A DNA stretch of 64,000 nucleotides from Bdellovibrionota bacterium FG-1 (GCA_051382295.1 JBBCAW010000078.1:13558-77557), one strand, 5' to 3'; shown: positions 29,327 through 41,300, counted from the stretch's first letter. Numbers and translations are program-made. The notes: a model not told the origin generated them from the sequence alone.

Positions 29327-30393
29327 CTCTTCTCCTCAAGTCGAGCTGCAACAATAGCCTGGGCCACTCTCACCGGAAAGGAGGGACCGCCAAAAATCCA
29401 ACCTGAATAAATTTGCACGAGATCAGCGCCGGATTGCAAACGAAGCACCGCTTCCTCGGGGGTCATCACTCCCCCCACGGAAACGATCGGAAGGCGCGTG
29501 AACTGCCTGGCCTCGATCAAACATTTTCGTGATAAATCAGTGAGCGGTGCGCCACTCCAACCTCCGGTCATATTCTGATATTCACCGGCCAGCGTATTGG
29601 TGAGAACCCAACCATTCACACCCCATCCTTCAGCGGTCTGAATCAAATCCTTGAGTTCTGAGCCTTGTAGCTCGGGGGCAAGCTTCAAAAGAAGCGGAGG
29701 CCGATGATTCCAGCTCGAAATCTGATCATTGACCTGACCCACGATGGGTTGAAGTGCTTGCACTGTTTGGAGAGACCTCAGACCAGGGGTATTAGGAGAA
29801 CTCACATTGATCACGACATAGTCGGCGATATTCCGAAAAGGCTCAATCGCGCGCACATAATCCAAAGCAGCAGCATCATTAGGGGTGTCTTTATTCTTTC
29901 CAATGTTGACCCCCACTCGAAACCCCTGGGGAAGTTTTGATTTCGCACTCGCTACCTGCTCGGCGACGAAGGATGCGCCTAATCCATTGAATCCCATCCG
30001 ATTAAAGATAGCTTTCCGCTCGGGATCACGAAAAAGGCGAGGGCGATCATTTCCGGGCTGAGGCCGGGGCGTGACCGTTCCAATTTCAGCAAAACCGAAA
30101 CCGAGTTCCGGCAACCCAGTCAAAATTTCGGCATCTTTGTCAAATCCTGCTGCCAAACCCAGACGGGATTTGAAAGTCATACCCCAGACTTGATCCATGC
30201 TTGAATCCTGCTTTTGGGGCGACTTTTCGGCAATAGTCACCCGGCCCCCCCGAATCCCCCGACTCATCAACCTGAGCGGAAAACCTCCCAAACGGATAGA
30301 AGCCCGGATAAATGAGAGGGTGAGGCGATGAATACCTTCCGCATCAAAGCAAAAAAGAATGCGCTTGAGAACGGACCAGATCCAAACCTGCAT
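29323..30393 (-). CDS. pyrD: Quinone-dependent dihydroorotate dehydrogenase
   Basis: GLAAGFDKD, NRMGFN, NVSSPNTPGLR, SVGG. Confidence 0.94.
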   Translation of the reverse strand: MQVWIWSVLKRILFCFDAEGIHRLTLSFIRASIRLGGFPLRLMSRGIRGGRVTIAEKSPQKQDSSMDQVWGMTFKSRLGLAAGFDKDAEILTGLPELGFGFAEIGTVTPRPQPGNDRPRLFRDPERKAIFNRMGFNGLGASFVAEQVASAKSKLPQGFRVGVNIGKNKDTPNDAAALDYVRAIEPFRNIADYVVINVSSPNTPGLRSLQTVQALQPIVGQVNDQISSWNHRPPLLLKLAPELQGSELKDLIQTAEGWGVNGWVLTNTLAGEYQNMTGGWSGAPLTDLSRKCLIEARQFTRLPIVSVGGVMTPEEAVLRLQSGADLVQIYSGWIFGGPSFPVRVAQAIVAARLEEKR

Positions 30394-31677
30394 TTACTGT
30401 CCTCGTCGGGTGAGGCACTGCATAAAAAAGCCGTCGGTGGGCCCCGGCCCGAAAAAACCGCCTGGCCCCGCCTCGAATTCAGGGTGAGCACGCAAGAAAC
30501 GATCCACGACCTCGCGAGTCTCCGCTAGCCGGAAGGTACAAACTCCAAAAACTAACCGTCCAGAACCGGCCACCAGCTGCGAATATTCTGAAAGTAATCT
30601 CAATTGGATTTCCGGCATCCTTTCCAACACGCTTGGATCTTGCCGCCATTTAATATCAGGATTGCGTCGCAATACGCCCCAGCCCGTGCACGGCGCATCG
30701 ACGAGGACCACATGGGCCCGACGTTTAAAGCGTCCAATCGCTTCACTTTCTTGTCCTTCACGAACCTGTACGGTTTGAATGTTGGTCACGCCGGCTCGTG
30801 TGGCTCGTCGACGAAGCGCCTGCAGTTTTGGCGCAGAAGTGTCATACGCATAGATACGCCCTTTTCCCCCAAGCGCATCCGCAATCGCCAAACTTTTGCC
30901 ACCCGCTCCTGCGCACGCATCGACCACGTTCCAAGCAGGAACCTCTTGAGGAATCTGCGGCACCTTCAGCGGCATCGTCACGGGTCCTGGGCTCTCGCTT
31001 AAGAGAGGACCAAAAATTTCCGGCCAAAGCGCAAAAAGGGCCATCAATTGGGAGCCTTCGTCCTGAATTTCAAACATCCCCTTGTGAAAAAGGTCGCTTC
31101 CTAAAATTGCGGCATACCCTGAAAGCCGAACGCCGAATGGCGCGAACTCTGAAACCTGGGCCCTCACCGGCAATTGACTTCCTCCAGCAAGCCCCTTAAG
31201 CAGTGCGGCAGCTCCGAGCCGTTTAGAGGCCCGAAGACTCAGGGGAGGCTCCTGTCCCAAGACGTTCACCAACTTGAGCGCAGTCGCATGACCCCATGCA
31301 CTTTCCCACTCCTGAATCATCCTGGGCGGAAAGTCAGCCGGCTGCGGCTCGGGCATTTCAAGTCGCTGGCTCATCCCATGATAAAGACGCTCGCCGAGTA
31401 ACTGCGCCGAACGCCAATGAGCTAACCCTTGAGGGTCTAACGACCAAGGTTCTCCGGGTACCATCCCGACCCCCAAAACTTCGGCTTGCGAAACCGGACG
31501 GAGAAGAATGGGCGGCATCATTTGCGCAACCGTGGTCTTGGTGTTTCTTGGAAGCTTAGAAAGCGCCGAATCCAAATGTACGTGCGAACTAAACAGACTC
31601 TGCCAAACTTCATTAAATTTTTTTAAAACCGTAGCCGAAGAAGCCGACTCGGTGTCTGCATGGTGGCCTTTTTTCAT
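30394..31677 (-). CDS. RsmB/NOP-family RNA m5C methyltransferase
   Basis: QDEGSQ, DACAGAGGK, VDAPCTGWG..RRNPD. Confidence 0.88.
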   Translation of the reverse strand: MKKGHHADTESASSATVLKKFNEVWQSLFSSHVHLDSALSKLPRNTKTTVAQMMPPILLRPVSQAEVLGVGMVPGEPWSLDPQGLAHWRSAQLLGERLYHGMSQRLEMPEPQPADFPPRMIQEWESAWGHATALKLVNVLGQEPPLSLRASKRLGAAALLKGLAGGSQLPVRAQVSEFAPFGVRLSGYAAILGSDLFHKGMFEIQDEGSQLMALFALWPEIFGPLLSESPGPVTMPLKVPQIPQEVPAWNVVDACAGAGGKSLAIADALGGKGRIYAYDTSAPKLQALRRRATRAGVTNIQTVQVREGQESEAIGRFKRRAHVVLVDAPCTGWGVLRRNPDIKWRQDPSVLERMPEIQLRLLSEYSQLVAGSGRLVFGVCTFRLAETREVVDRFLRAHPEFEAGPGGFFGPGPTDGFFMQCLTRRGQ

Positions 31678-31770
31678 GAAGAGCCTTCTATCGCATTGCG
31701 GCGGGAAAATCTTTACCTATTCCAGCCGAATAGAGATAAATTTGAAAAATAAAAATAGGAGAGCTTCAAA

Positions 31771-32919
31771 ATGATCGACTTCACACTCACTGATGAACAA
31801 AAACAACTTCAAGAACTTGCCCGAAAATTTACCAAAGAAGAAATCATTCCGAAAGCGGCAGAATTGGATAAGAGCGGCAAATATCCGTTCGAAATTGCAA
31901 AAAAAGCCTGGGAACTTGGAATCATGAATACCCACATCCCCACTGAATACGGTGGGATGGGCATGGGGGTTCTCGAAGGCTGTATCATTACAGAAGAACT
32001 TTCTTACGGGTGCACGGGCATTGCCACAGCCATGGAAGCCAATACCCTGGCGGCGGCTCCGCTCATCGTCGCGGGAAGTGAGGAACAAAAGAAAGAATTC
32101 TTGAACAAACGCCTCGTCGATGAGGGAAAATTTGCTGCCTATTGTGTCACTGAACCTGGCGCCGGTTCGGACGTCACTGGCATCAGAACCCTAGCAAAAA
32201 AGGTCGGCGCGGATTATGTCATTAATGGCGCAAAAATGTGGATCACCAATGCCTCGGTTGCCGACTGGTACTTTGTACTCGCCTATACGGACCCCACGGC
32301 CAAACATAAGGGGATGAGCGGATTCATTATTCCTGCTAATACTCCCGGAATCACCGTAGGCAAAAAGGAGTGCAATCTCGGGCAACACGCTTCGGACACC
32401 CGGGGAATCACTTTTGATGAAGTGAAAATTCCGGAAAAATGGCGTGTTGGGAAGGAAGGCGATGGCTTTAAGATCGCTATGGGCGCCTTTGATCACACTC
32501 GCCCGGCCGTCGCCTCCGGCGCTGTGGGACTCGCTCGCCGGGCCATGGACGAAGCTGTTGAATATGCTAAAACCCGTAAAGCCTTTGGGCAGCCGATCGC
32601 AGGATTCCAAGCCATTAGCTTTATGATCGCCGATATGGCGATGGAAATCGAAGCCGCCCGCGGCCTGGTCTATAAAGCAGCCTGGATGATCGACAACGGA
32701 CAGCGCAATACCAAGTTTGCCGCCTACGCCAAGGCCTTTGCCGCTGACGTCGTCAATAAAACAACCACTAACGCCGTCCAAGTCTTCGGCGGCTATGGGT
32801 ACTCTGAAGAGTATCCCGTAGAAAAGCTCATGCGCGATGCCAAGATCTATCAGATCTACGAAGGCACCTCGCAAATTCAACGACTGATCATCGCCAAAGA
32901 AATATTTGAGCGAGGTTAA
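31771..32919 (+). CDS. Acyl-CoA dehydrogenase (MCAD-like)
   Basis: [37 protein letters not shown]. Confidence 0.94.
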   Translation: MIDFTLTDEQKQLQELARKFTKEEIIPKAAELDKSGKYPFEIAKKAWELGIMNTHIPTEYGGMGMGVLEGCIITEELSYGCTGIATAMEANTLAAAPLIVAGSEEQKKEFLNKRLVDEGKFAAYCVTEPGAGSDVTGIRTLAKKVGADYVINGAKMWITNASVADWYFVLAYTDPTAKHKGMSGFIIPANTPGITVGKKECNLGQHASDTRGITFDEVKIPEKWRVGKEGDGFKIAMGAFDHTRPAVASGAVGLARRAMDEAVEYAKTRKAFGQPIAGFQAISFMIADMAMEIEAARGLVYKAAWMIDNGQRNTKFAAYAKAFAADVVNKTTTNAVQVFGGYGYSEEYPVEKLMRDAKIYQIYEGTSQIQRLIIAKEIFERG

Positions 32920-32928
32920 GTAGTTTGA

Positions 32929-32958
32929 GGCGCGCATCCCAGCGGTGCGCGCCCTTTT
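32929..32958 (+). terminator. Hairpin terminator between convergent genes
   Basis: GGCGCGCATC-5nt-GGTGCGCGCC-CTTTT. Confidence 0.6.
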
Positions 32959-32965
32959 AACGCAC

Positions 32966-33451
32966 TCATTCTATAGAAAAAAGCTCGATTTCAAAAATGA
33001 CATTAGCCCCGGGCGGAACCTTGTTTTGCCCTTTTTTTCCATAAGCAAGCGCAGCCGGAACCGTGACCCGACGCTTCTCCCCGATCTTCATGCCTTTGAG
33101 CGCCTGATCCCATCCCAAAATCACCGACCCCACCCCCAATTTGAACCTAAAGGGACGCCCCCGATCATAGGATGAATCCACCTTCTGTCCTGAATCTAAA
33201 AACGCCGTGTATTGAACCGTCAAAAAATTGAGGTTCTTGGCTCCCTCCCCGGAGCCTTCCTGTAAAATATCCGAATGAAGTCCTAACTTTTTACCCACCG
33301 TACGGAGGGATTTAACCGGAGCAGGCCCCGCGCTCACTGAAATCAGCCCCATTCGTTGAATTTGGCGCCAAATCAAATAAAAAACGCCGCCCGATAGAAC
33401 CCCATAAACAATCCAAATCAAAACCGTGGCCATTAAAAGAGATCCTATCAC
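32966..33451 (-). CDS. FKBP-type peptidyl-prolyl isomerase with N-terminal TM segment
   Basis: DSSYDRGRPF, VILGWDQ, LAYG, PPGANVIFEIEL. Confidence 0.88.
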   Translation of the reverse strand: MIGSLLMATVLIWIVYGVLSGGVFYLIWRQIQRMGLISVSAGPAPVKSLRTVGKKLGLHSDILQEGSGEGAKNLNFLTVQYTAFLDSGQKVDSSYDRGRPFRFKLGVGSVILGWDQALKGMKIGEKRRVTVPAALAYGKKGQNKVPPGANVIFEIELFSIE

Positions 33452-33475
33452 GAACTCAGACGCCCTGAAACTCCG

Positions 33476-34537
33476 TCAACCATCGCCCTTTTTAAGCGAT
33501 TCAAAAATTCGCAAGTAACTGGAATGACGCACCAGCCAACCGGCGGCACATCCTGCCTCGCCCGAATGCAAACAGCCCACCCCCTCGCAAATGAGCCCGT
33601 GAAACTCCGGAAAAAATCCGGCCAACCGGGCAGGCTCGATCTCCGCTAAGGCAAATTCGCGCACGCCGGGAGTATCAATCCATTGAGATTCCTTGGGCCC
33701 ATCCAATAATATGGCGCTACTCGTGGTATGACGGCCCTTTCCAGTGGAATCGCTGATCTGACCGACCCTGCCGACCTCGGATCCTAAAAGCAAATTCAGA
33801 AGCGACGTTTTTCCGGCTCCCGAACGGCCGCAAAACACCACGGTCTTTCCCGAAATACAGTGCCTAAAATCTTCGACTCCTACTCCCGTGCGAACACTCA
33901 GTTCAGTCACCTTCCAGCCAAGCTGACGATAAATTTCCCAGGGGATACTGCCCCCATCCTGCCAGAGATCAATTTTAGTCACGCAGATCATCACTTCGAT
34001 TCCCGCAAGCTGCGCGCCCACCAAAAACCGATCCACCAACCCGGGCGAAAACTCGGGTGCACACAGGGATGCCACAATCACGACTAAGTCGACGTTGGCA
34101 GCAAGCACATGCTGAACTTTGCCCGCATCCTCGCCTTGACGCCCCGGTGCTCTCCGCATCAACCGGTTGCGTCGCTCACAAACCCCTTCGACGACCCCGC
34201 TATCGGGACTGGATCTTGAAACCAAAACACGGTCCCCAACCGCTACTGGCGTCCGCTCTCGTGATTCAAGTCCCGCTTGCCCGACCACCTGAGCCCGTCG
34301 ATAACTACAAAGGAACGACAACGAAGCCGCAGGAAAACCGGAATCAGGACAATCGAGGTTGATGCGGCATTGTTTTGGAAAAACTTCCGCGACGGTGGCA
34401 TTGGCGTCCTTGCTCTCCAGATAAGTCGCTTTAGAAACATTGGCCTTTTTGTTTCGCATACCACTGCGTGAACCTGACGAAACACCTTCGTCGTCCATCC
34501 AATCGTCTGAATCACCCCGAAACCTGGGAGGTGTCAA
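33476..34537 (-). CDS. rsgA: Ribosome small subunit-dependent GTPase A
   Basis: AVGDRV, TKID, GRSGAGKTS, GRHTT, DTPG, C-terminal Zn motif. Confidence 0.92.
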   Translation of the reverse strand: MTPPRFRGDSDDWMDDEGVSSGSRSGMRNKKANVSKATYLESKDANATVAEVFPKQCRINLDCPDSGFPAASLSFLCSYRRAQVVGQAGLESRERTPVAVGDRVLVSRSSPDSGVVEGVCERRNRLMRRAPGRQGEDAGKVQHVLAANVDLVVIVASLCAPEFSPGLVDRFLVGAQLAGIEVMICVTKIDLWQDGGSIPWEIYRQLGWKVTELSVRTGVGVEDFRHCISGKTVVFCGRSGAGKTSLLNLLLGSEVGRVGQISDSTGKGRHTTSSAILLDGPKESQWIDTPGVREFALAEIEPARLAGFFPEFHGLICEGVGCLHSGEAGCAAGWLVRHSSYLRIFESLKKGDG

Positions 34538-34633
34538 TTTCGTCCGCTCCTTATATCCAAAAAATCACCCAAAAACACTCTAGCACGGCTCTCAAAGTAA
34601 GCATATAGTTCCTAACCTGAAGGAGACTCCATC

Positions 34634-35890
34634 ATGCACCACGACGTCGATCTTGCCCATCTGACTCAAAAAACCTCCTTTCCGAAGGAGCAAATCAAGG
34701 TATTGCTCCTCGAAAACATCCACCCTCTGGCCAAGGATATTTTGTCATCTGAAGGCTTTCAAATCGAAACCCTGCCGGGCGCCTTAAGCGAGGACCAACT
34801 CAAGGAACGGATCCGCGACGTACATGTCCTAGGGATTCGAAGCAAAACCTACGTCAGCGCGGCGGTGTTAGCCGAAGCTAAGAAGCTTTTAACGGTCGGG
34901 GCCTTTTGCATCGGCACCAATCAAATCGAACTCGAAGCCGCCAAAGCACGAGGAATTCCAGTTTTCAATGCGCCCTTCGGAAACACCCGTAGCGTTGCCG
35001 AAATGATCATCGCGGAAGTTATCATGCTTTCGCGTCAGCTCGCCCATCGGTCCATGGAAATGCATGGCAACGTTTGGAAAAAAATCTCAAAAGATTGCCA
35101 TGAAGTTCGCGGCAAGACGATCGGCATTATCGGCTACGGACACATTGGGTCGCAAGTTTCGACACTTTCCGAAGCCCTCGGCATGCGAGTGCTCTTTTTT
35201 GACATCCTCTCTAAATTGCCTCTTGGCAATGCCAAACCCGCTAACTCGCTTGCGAACCTGTTACGCGAAAGTGATTTTGTAACGCTTCATGTCCCGGAGA
35301 CGCCTCAGACCAAAGGCATGATCTCGGTCGATCAAATTCAACTTATGAAAAAGGGTGCCTGTCTTTTGAATGCCAGCCGCGGCACCGTGGTGGATATCCC
35401 CGCACTCGCTTCCGCACTCAAAAACGCCCATTTGAGCGGCGCTGCAATCGACGTTTTTCCCAAAGAACCCGAAAACAATATCAATGACTACGTCACGGAG
35501 CTCCAAGGACTCTCGAATGTCATCCTCACGCCCCATATTGGAGGCGCCACCGAAGAAGCCCAAGCCAATATTGGCGAAGAGGTTCCGACCACCCTCGTTC
35601 GTTACGTCAACACCGGTGCCACCTCGGGGGCCGTCAATTTTCCGCAGGTCGACCTCGCCCCCAGTCACCAAACGCACCGCATTCTCAATGTGCACCGAAA
35701 CGTCCCAGGGGTGTTGACGGCCGTCAACCGGATTGTCTCAGACCTCGGTGCCAATATCAGCGCTCAATCGTTGGCCACAGACGGGGACATCGGCTACCTG
35801 GTCATCGATACCGACCAACAGCTTTCGCTCGATATCAAAAATGCGATCGAAGGGCTCAATACCTCGATTAAAACGAGAATTTTGTATTAG
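34634..35890 (+). CDS. serA: D-3-phosphoglycerate dehydrogenase with ACT domain
   Basis: GIRSKT, FCIGTNQ, NTRSVAE, GYGHIG, TPHIGG, HRNVPG. Confidence 0.95.
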   Translation: MHHDVDLAHLTQKTSFPKEQIKVLLLENIHPLAKDILSSEGFQIETLPGALSEDQLKERIRDVHVLGIRSKTYVSAAVLAEAKKLLTVGAFCIGTNQIELEAAKARGIPVFNAPFGNTRSVAEMIIAEVIMLSRQLAHRSMEMHGNVWKKISKDCHEVRGKTIGIIGYGHIGSQVSTLSEALGMRVLFFDILSKLPLGNAKPANSLANLLRESDFVTLHVPETPQTKGMISVDQIQLMKKGACLLNASRGTVVDIPALASALKNAHLSGAAIDVFPKEPENNINDYVTELQGLSNVILTPHIGGATEEAQANIGEEVPTTLVRYVNTGATSGAVNFPQVDLAPSHQTHRILNVHRNVPGVLTAVNRIVSDLGANISAQSLATDGDIGYLVIDTDQQLSLDIKNAIEGLNTSIKTRILY

Positions 35891-35907
35891 TTCCCCTTGA
35901 ATCCTGT

Positions 35908-37311
35908 TCAATCCAAAATTTTGCCTGGATTGAGCAGCCCAAGGGGGTCGAATATTTTTTTCATCGCGCGGAACAACTCCAACTCAACCGGCGTGCGCGA
36001 ATACGCAAGCGCTCCTTTTTTTAGGAGTCCGATTCCATGCTCCGCGGAGACGCTGCCCCGGTGCTTTTGCACCAGCGCAAAAAGATCTCGATCGGCCGCT
36101 TTTGTATGCTGAACGAATGCCTCGCGACTCATCCCTTCGGGCTGAAGAGCATTGACGTGGAGATTACCATCCCCAATATGCCCGAAAAAATAGACGTCGA
36201 TCCCGGCATACTGATCCCGAAAAAGGTCTCCCATGGCCGCGACAAAAAACTCCAGTTCCGAAATCGGAAGAGCGATGTCATTTTTGTGCAAAAAGGCCTT
36301 ACGCGCCAGGCTCTCCGCGACCCCTTCGCGCAACATCCAAAGTTCGCGGGCCTCGCGAGGAGACTGCGCTAAGGTGCCATCCAAAACCAGCCCCTTCTCA
36401 AAAAGCGAGGAAAGCCAGCCGTCCAGGACGGCTTGAGCATCTGCGGAGGAGGGCCGTTCCACTTCCATCAGCACGTACGCTCCGTACTGTTCACCGAAAG
36501 GAGACTTCAAATTCAAATTTACGGTAACAGCCTCAAGACAGGGGTGGGTGAGACATTCAAAAGCCATGAGGGTAAAGGGCGCGCGACGGGCTTCTAACAA
36601 AAGCTGGAAAACAGCCTTCATGTCCTGCACCGCAAAAAAGAACACATCCAACTTTTCAGGAAGACGTATCAATTTAAGCGTCGCCTCGGTGATGATTCCC
36701 AAAGTCCCTTCCGTCCCGATAAAAAGCTGACGCAAATCAATACCGGTATTGTTTTTTTCCAGAGCACCATTGAGCTCAAGCACTTCACCGTTCATCAACA
36801 CAACCTGAAGGCCAAGCACCCAGTTGCGGGTCATCCCGTAATGGATAACCCTCACTCCACCGGCGTTAGTCGAGATATTTCCCCCCACCTGACTCGACCC
36901 CTTCGAGGCAAAATCAATTGGCCAGGTCAAGCCATGAGGCTCACAGTGTTTGTGAACCGCCTCGGTCACCGCGCCAGCCTGCACCCGAAGGGTATGCGCC
37001 AAACAGTCCACCGGCCCCAGATGATTCATGCGCACAAAACTCAGCACGATCTCACCGTGAGCGGCAACCGCACCGCCCGCCAGCCCTGTACGGCCCCCCG
37101 AAGGGACGAGAGCCACCCGATGCTCAGTGCAAAGCTTGGCAAATCGAGAAACCTCATCCGTGGTCCTCGGAAAGACCACCGCCGAAGGTCGAGGTCGGTA
37201 GACCTTAGTCCAGTCTCGACCATAGGTTTCGAGAGCCTGGGGGTCGCGAGTCAAAAAATCCACTGGAAACCGGGATTGAATTTCTGCAAAAAAGGGGGTT
37301 AAGTCGCACAT
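35908..37311 (-). CDS. FAD-binding oxidoreductase, D-2-hydroxyglutarate dehydrogenase-like
   Basis: PSGGRTGL, GGNISTNAGG, KNNTG-x-DL, FGHIGDGNLH, SAEHGIG. Confidence 0.85.
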   Translation of the reverse strand: MCDLTPFFAEIQSRFPVDFLTRDPQALETYGRDWTKVYRPRPSAVVFPRTTDEVSRFAKLCTEHRVALVPSGGRTGLAGGAVAAHGEIVLSFVRMNHLGPVDCLAHTLRVQAGAVTEAVHKHCEPHGLTWPIDFASKGSSQVGGNISTNAGGVRVIHYGMTRNWVLGLQVVLMNGEVLELNGALEKNNTGIDLRQLFIGTEGTLGIITEATLKLIRLPEKLDVFFFAVQDMKAVFQLLLEARRAPFTLMAFECLTHPCLEAVTVNLNLKSPFGEQYGAYVLMEVERPSSADAQAVLDGWLSSLFEKGLVLDGTLAQSPREARELWMLREGVAESLARKAFLHKNDIALPISELEFFVAAMGDLFRDQYAGIDVYFFGHIGDGNLHVNALQPEGMSREAFVQHTKAADRDLFALVQKHRGSVSAEHGIGLLKKGALAYSRTPVELELFRAMKKIFDPLGLLNPGKILD

Positions 37312-37367
37312 AAAACCTACTTTATCTGAAATAAGCGCTCTGAACTGCTCCGATGTGAGACAAAATT

Positions 37368-37634
37368 TTAGCCTATTTTTTTTCTTTCCTTGATGAGCTG
37401 ATCAAGTCGCTCGGTGATCCAGATCTTAATAAGGGACTGGCGGGAAACTCCGAGACGATTGGATTCCCGGTCCAGCTCGGCCACGGTCCAAGCGGGAAAA
37501 TCTACGTTAACCCGGAAAACGGCGGTGTTCAGGTCGGCATACTCCATAATGCTCTCACCAGCATCAAACCGTTGATCCATCTCTTCAGCGGTGATTGGCT
37601 TTGGCTCGTGCTTCGTAGGCTTTTTTTTCTTCAT
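37368..37634 (-). CDS. brnA: BrnA/CopG-family antitoxin
   Basis: D-x-RFDAGE, RVNVDFPAW, GVSRQSLIK-x-W. Confidence 0.85.
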   Translation of the reverse strand: MKKKKPTKHEPKPITAEEMDQRFDAGESIMEYADLNTAVFRVNVDFPAWTVAELDRESNRLGVSRQSLIKIWITERLDQLIKERKKIG

Positions 37635-37863
37635 CGCGCGACCTCCTTACAGAAATAATTCTAATTCTTTCGTCTCGATACGTGATGATCGCCGTCCAAA
37701 ATATTCCATCTATCTGACCCACGATCGCGTATCGGCATTCAGTTGTGGTCTTGAGCTCAAACTCAAAAAATGAACCGAACCAAAGGACCTGCGCCTCAAC
37801 AAAATCTATCCCGTGTTTTTCTTTGTTGCCTTGGCTTTTCGTTAGATCAAACTCGAAGCGCAT
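37585..37863 (-). CDS. brnT: BrnT-family ribonuclease toxin
   Basis: FEFD..K..N..KHGIDF, RIRIISVR. Confidence 0.9.
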   Translation of the reverse strand: MRFEFDLTKSQGNKEKHGIDFVEAQVLWFGSFFEFELKTTTECRYAIVGQIDGIFWTAIITYRDERIRIISVRRSRDEEKKAYEARAKANHR

Positions 37864-38027
37864 ACCTGAATTTATACTATTTTTATACTATCATGTAAAC
37901 GGTAGGGGGTAGGCTTAGGCGGTTTTTCTTGACTCGAGCGAGTTTATGCACCGTGTCTTTTTTAGTTGACAAAATCAGTATTCTGAATTATTTACTGCAT
38001 CCGTATTTAAAATTTAAGGAGACCCCC

Positions 38028-38336
38028 ATGTTGCGTCTAACTGCCCTTCTGATTATCCTCGGTTCCCTTGCAGGATTTTCTCTGCCAGCACAGGCCAGCG
38101 AAATGCCAAAATGCGCAGCCCTCGCAGCCCGATCTGTCCAACAAGCCTTTCCGGCCCTTCGCGACACTCATCGAATCGATTGTGCATCCAAATCGACCCG
38201 CGACGATGGCGCGTCTCTCAGTTGTGAAAAAGGCGATCAAGTCAAAGTCTGTAAAATCACGACCTCGGATGACCTCCAATTCACTGTCGTGCTAGACGGC
38301 GATTGCGAAAGCACCCTAGTCACTTTTCAAGAGTAG
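38028..38336 (+). CDS. Small secreted Cys-containing hypothetical protein
   Basis: AAGGAG SD before ATG 38028; signal peptide ending AQA. Confidence 0.65.
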   Translation: MLRLTALLIILGSLAGFSLPAQASEMPKCAALAARSVQQAFPALRDTHRIDCASKSTRDDGASLSCEKGDQVKVCKITTSDDLQFTVVLDGDCESTLVTFQE

Positions 38337-38379
38337 TGATTTGCAGTTAGTGCTAGAATCCTAACGACCGGGGGCTAGC

Positions 38380-41300
38380 ATGACTCTTTCTGACCTTTCT
38401 ATCAAAAAACCCGTCTTTGCCTGGATGCTCATGGCAGGACTTTTGGTTTTCGGCGCGATTTCTTACAGTTTTATGGGGATCAGCCAACTCCCCGACGTCG
38501 ATTTTCCGGTCGTGACCATTCAAATCACCTGGCCGGGAGCTTCCCCCGACGTGATGGAAAACGCGGTCGCCGACATCATTGAAAATGCAGTGATGAGCGT
38601 GGATGGCATTCAGCTGGTACAATCCACCTCCCAACAAGCGATGACTCAGATCACGATTCAGTTTAGCCTCGCACAAGACATCAACGTTGCGCTTCAGCAA
38701 GTCCAAACCAAGATTTCCCAGGCCCAAAAAAATCTCCCACAAACCATTGATCCCCCGGTCATCACTAAAACCAATCCCAACGATCAGCCGATCATGTGGA
38801 CCGCGGCCTATAGCGAAAACGGCACCTTGCGTGACCTCGCGCTCTTTGTACGCGACCATCTTCGTGACACGATCACCACGGTCAATGGAGTCGGTGATGT
38901 ACTCATGGGCGGCTTTGTCGATCCTCAAATGCGCATTTGGCTGCATCCAGACGAGATGCGCAAACGCGAGATCACCGCCCACGACATTATCGACGCGATC
39001 AACAACGAACACCAGCTCGCGCCCACGGGTTACCAAGATCGCGGCAACACGGAGACCTATATCCGCGTCCATTCTGAATTCAAGAACGCCCAAGAGTGCA
39101 ACGATTTAATTATTCCGGCTCGTTTGGGCTCGCCGATTTGGACTAAATTGCGGATTGGCGATGTCGCCACTTGCGCGGAAGACACGGATGAAATTCGACG
39201 AATCTCGCGCTATGCCGGTATTCAGCCGACCATTGGACTTGGCATCATCAAACAACACGGCACGAATGCCGTGGCAATCGGGGACGCGGTCAAAAAGAAG
39301 ATCACGCAACTGGAAGACGTCCTCCCCAAGGGAATGAAGATGGGGATCGTGACGGACACGACGGTCTTCATTAAAGACGCGATCAAAGAGCTTTTGTCCA
39401 CCCTAGGCATGGCGGTTTTACTGACTGCGATGGTTTGTTATCTTTTTCTAGGAAGCTGGAGTTCGGCTTTTAACGTCATTTTGGCGATTCCCGTGTCTCT
39501 CATTGGCTCTTTTATCGTGCTCAATGCTTTAGGGTTCACGATCAATACGTTCACTTTGATGGGCCTGTCTCTTTCGATCGGAATCGTCGTTGATGACGCG
39601 ATTATGGTGCTTGAAAACATCACCCGCCACAATGAGCTCGGAAAAACCCGCGTCCATGCGGCGCTTGTCGGTGCTCGCGAAATCACGGGAGCCGCCACGG
39701 CGTCCTCGCTTGCCATTCTTGCCATTTTTGTCCCCGTGGTTTTTATGAAGGGCATCATTGGCAAATTTTTTTACCAATTCGGCGTGACCCTTTCCGTTGC
39801 GGTTATGCTTTCACTGCTCGAAGCACTCACGCTCGCCCCGATGCGTTGTTCGCAGTTTTTGGTGATTGGTAAAGGCAATTTTGTGACTCAAAAAGTATCC
39901 CACGCGATGGATTGGCTGGCACGCCTCTACCGCAAAGCGCTGGTGTTTTGCTTAAACTGGCGCTGGACGGTGCTCCTCATCGCCACCACGGTTTTCGTTG
40001 GCTCACTCTTTTCGACGGGCGCACTCCGCAAAGAATTTATCCCGCCCCAGGATCAAAGTCGGTTTTTAGTGACGCTCTATACAAAAATGGGCTCATCCAT
40101 TCAATTTACGGATGGCATCTTTCGCGAGGCCGAAAAAATCTATAAAGCCCGTCCGGAAGTTCAAACCTACTATGTCGCCGTGGGTGGTTTTGGTGGGGGG
40201 CTTGTTAATCAGGGAATTAGCTTTATCACGCTCAAGGCTCCGGAAAATCGCCCGATCGTAGCACCTTTCAAAAAAGCCCCGACTCAGCAAGAATTTATGG
40301 CCTTCCTACGTGGCGAACTCGTCAAAATCCCCGGTGTCCAGCGCGCGACCATTCTGGACCTTTCGCTGACTGGCTTTAGTGCTCAGCGCGGTTATCCAAT
40401 TGAGTTCGTCCTCCAAGGACCTGACTGGAACAAGCTTGTCGAGTTGTCACTCGCCATGCGCAAAAAGCTGGCGGCCTCGGGCCAAATGGCCGATGTGGAC
40501 AGCGACTACAACCCCAATATGCCTGAAACCGAGGTCATACCCGACCGAGCCAAGGCCGCGGTCCGTGGCATTCCGGTGACCACCATTGCGAGCACGATCG
40601 CGGCAATGGTGGGGGGCATGAAGCTTCTGCCCAATAAGTACACGGACCAGTCTGGGCATCGAGACGACATCCAAATCAAGCTGGCACCGGGTGAAAATCA
40701 GGGTCCCGCGGACATTAGTAAACTCTGGGTACGCAACGTCCATGGCGAAATCCTGCCGCTCAAAGAAGTGATTACTATTGAGCCAGGGAGTACGCTTTTG
40801 ACGATCACCCGCTATAACCGAGAACGGGGCATCAGCGTCTACGGGAATTTCAAACCCGGGAAATCACAGGCGGATGTCATCAACTACGTTAAAAAACTCG
40901 CAAAAGAAACGCTGCCCGAGGGCTATCACATCACGCTTGCAGGCAGCTCGCAGGCATTCAATGAGTCCTTCAATAGTTTGATGCTCGCGCTGATTCTCGG
41001 AATCTTTGTGGCGTACATGGTTTTGGCGAGCCAATTTAACAGCTTTTTGCATCCGGCGATTATTTTGCTGGCGCTCCCCTTCAGTCTAACCGGCGCGCTT
41101 TGGGCTATGCGCATCACTGACATCTCATTGAATATTTACAGCGTGATTGGGATTTTGCTACTCATGGGGATCGTCAAAAAGAATTCGATCCTCCTCGTTG
41201 AATTTACGAACCACAAACGTCTCGAAGGTTTCTCGGTTCGTGATGCCTTGATCGAAGCCTGTCCTGTCCGTTTACGTCCGATCTTGATGACCTCCATCGC

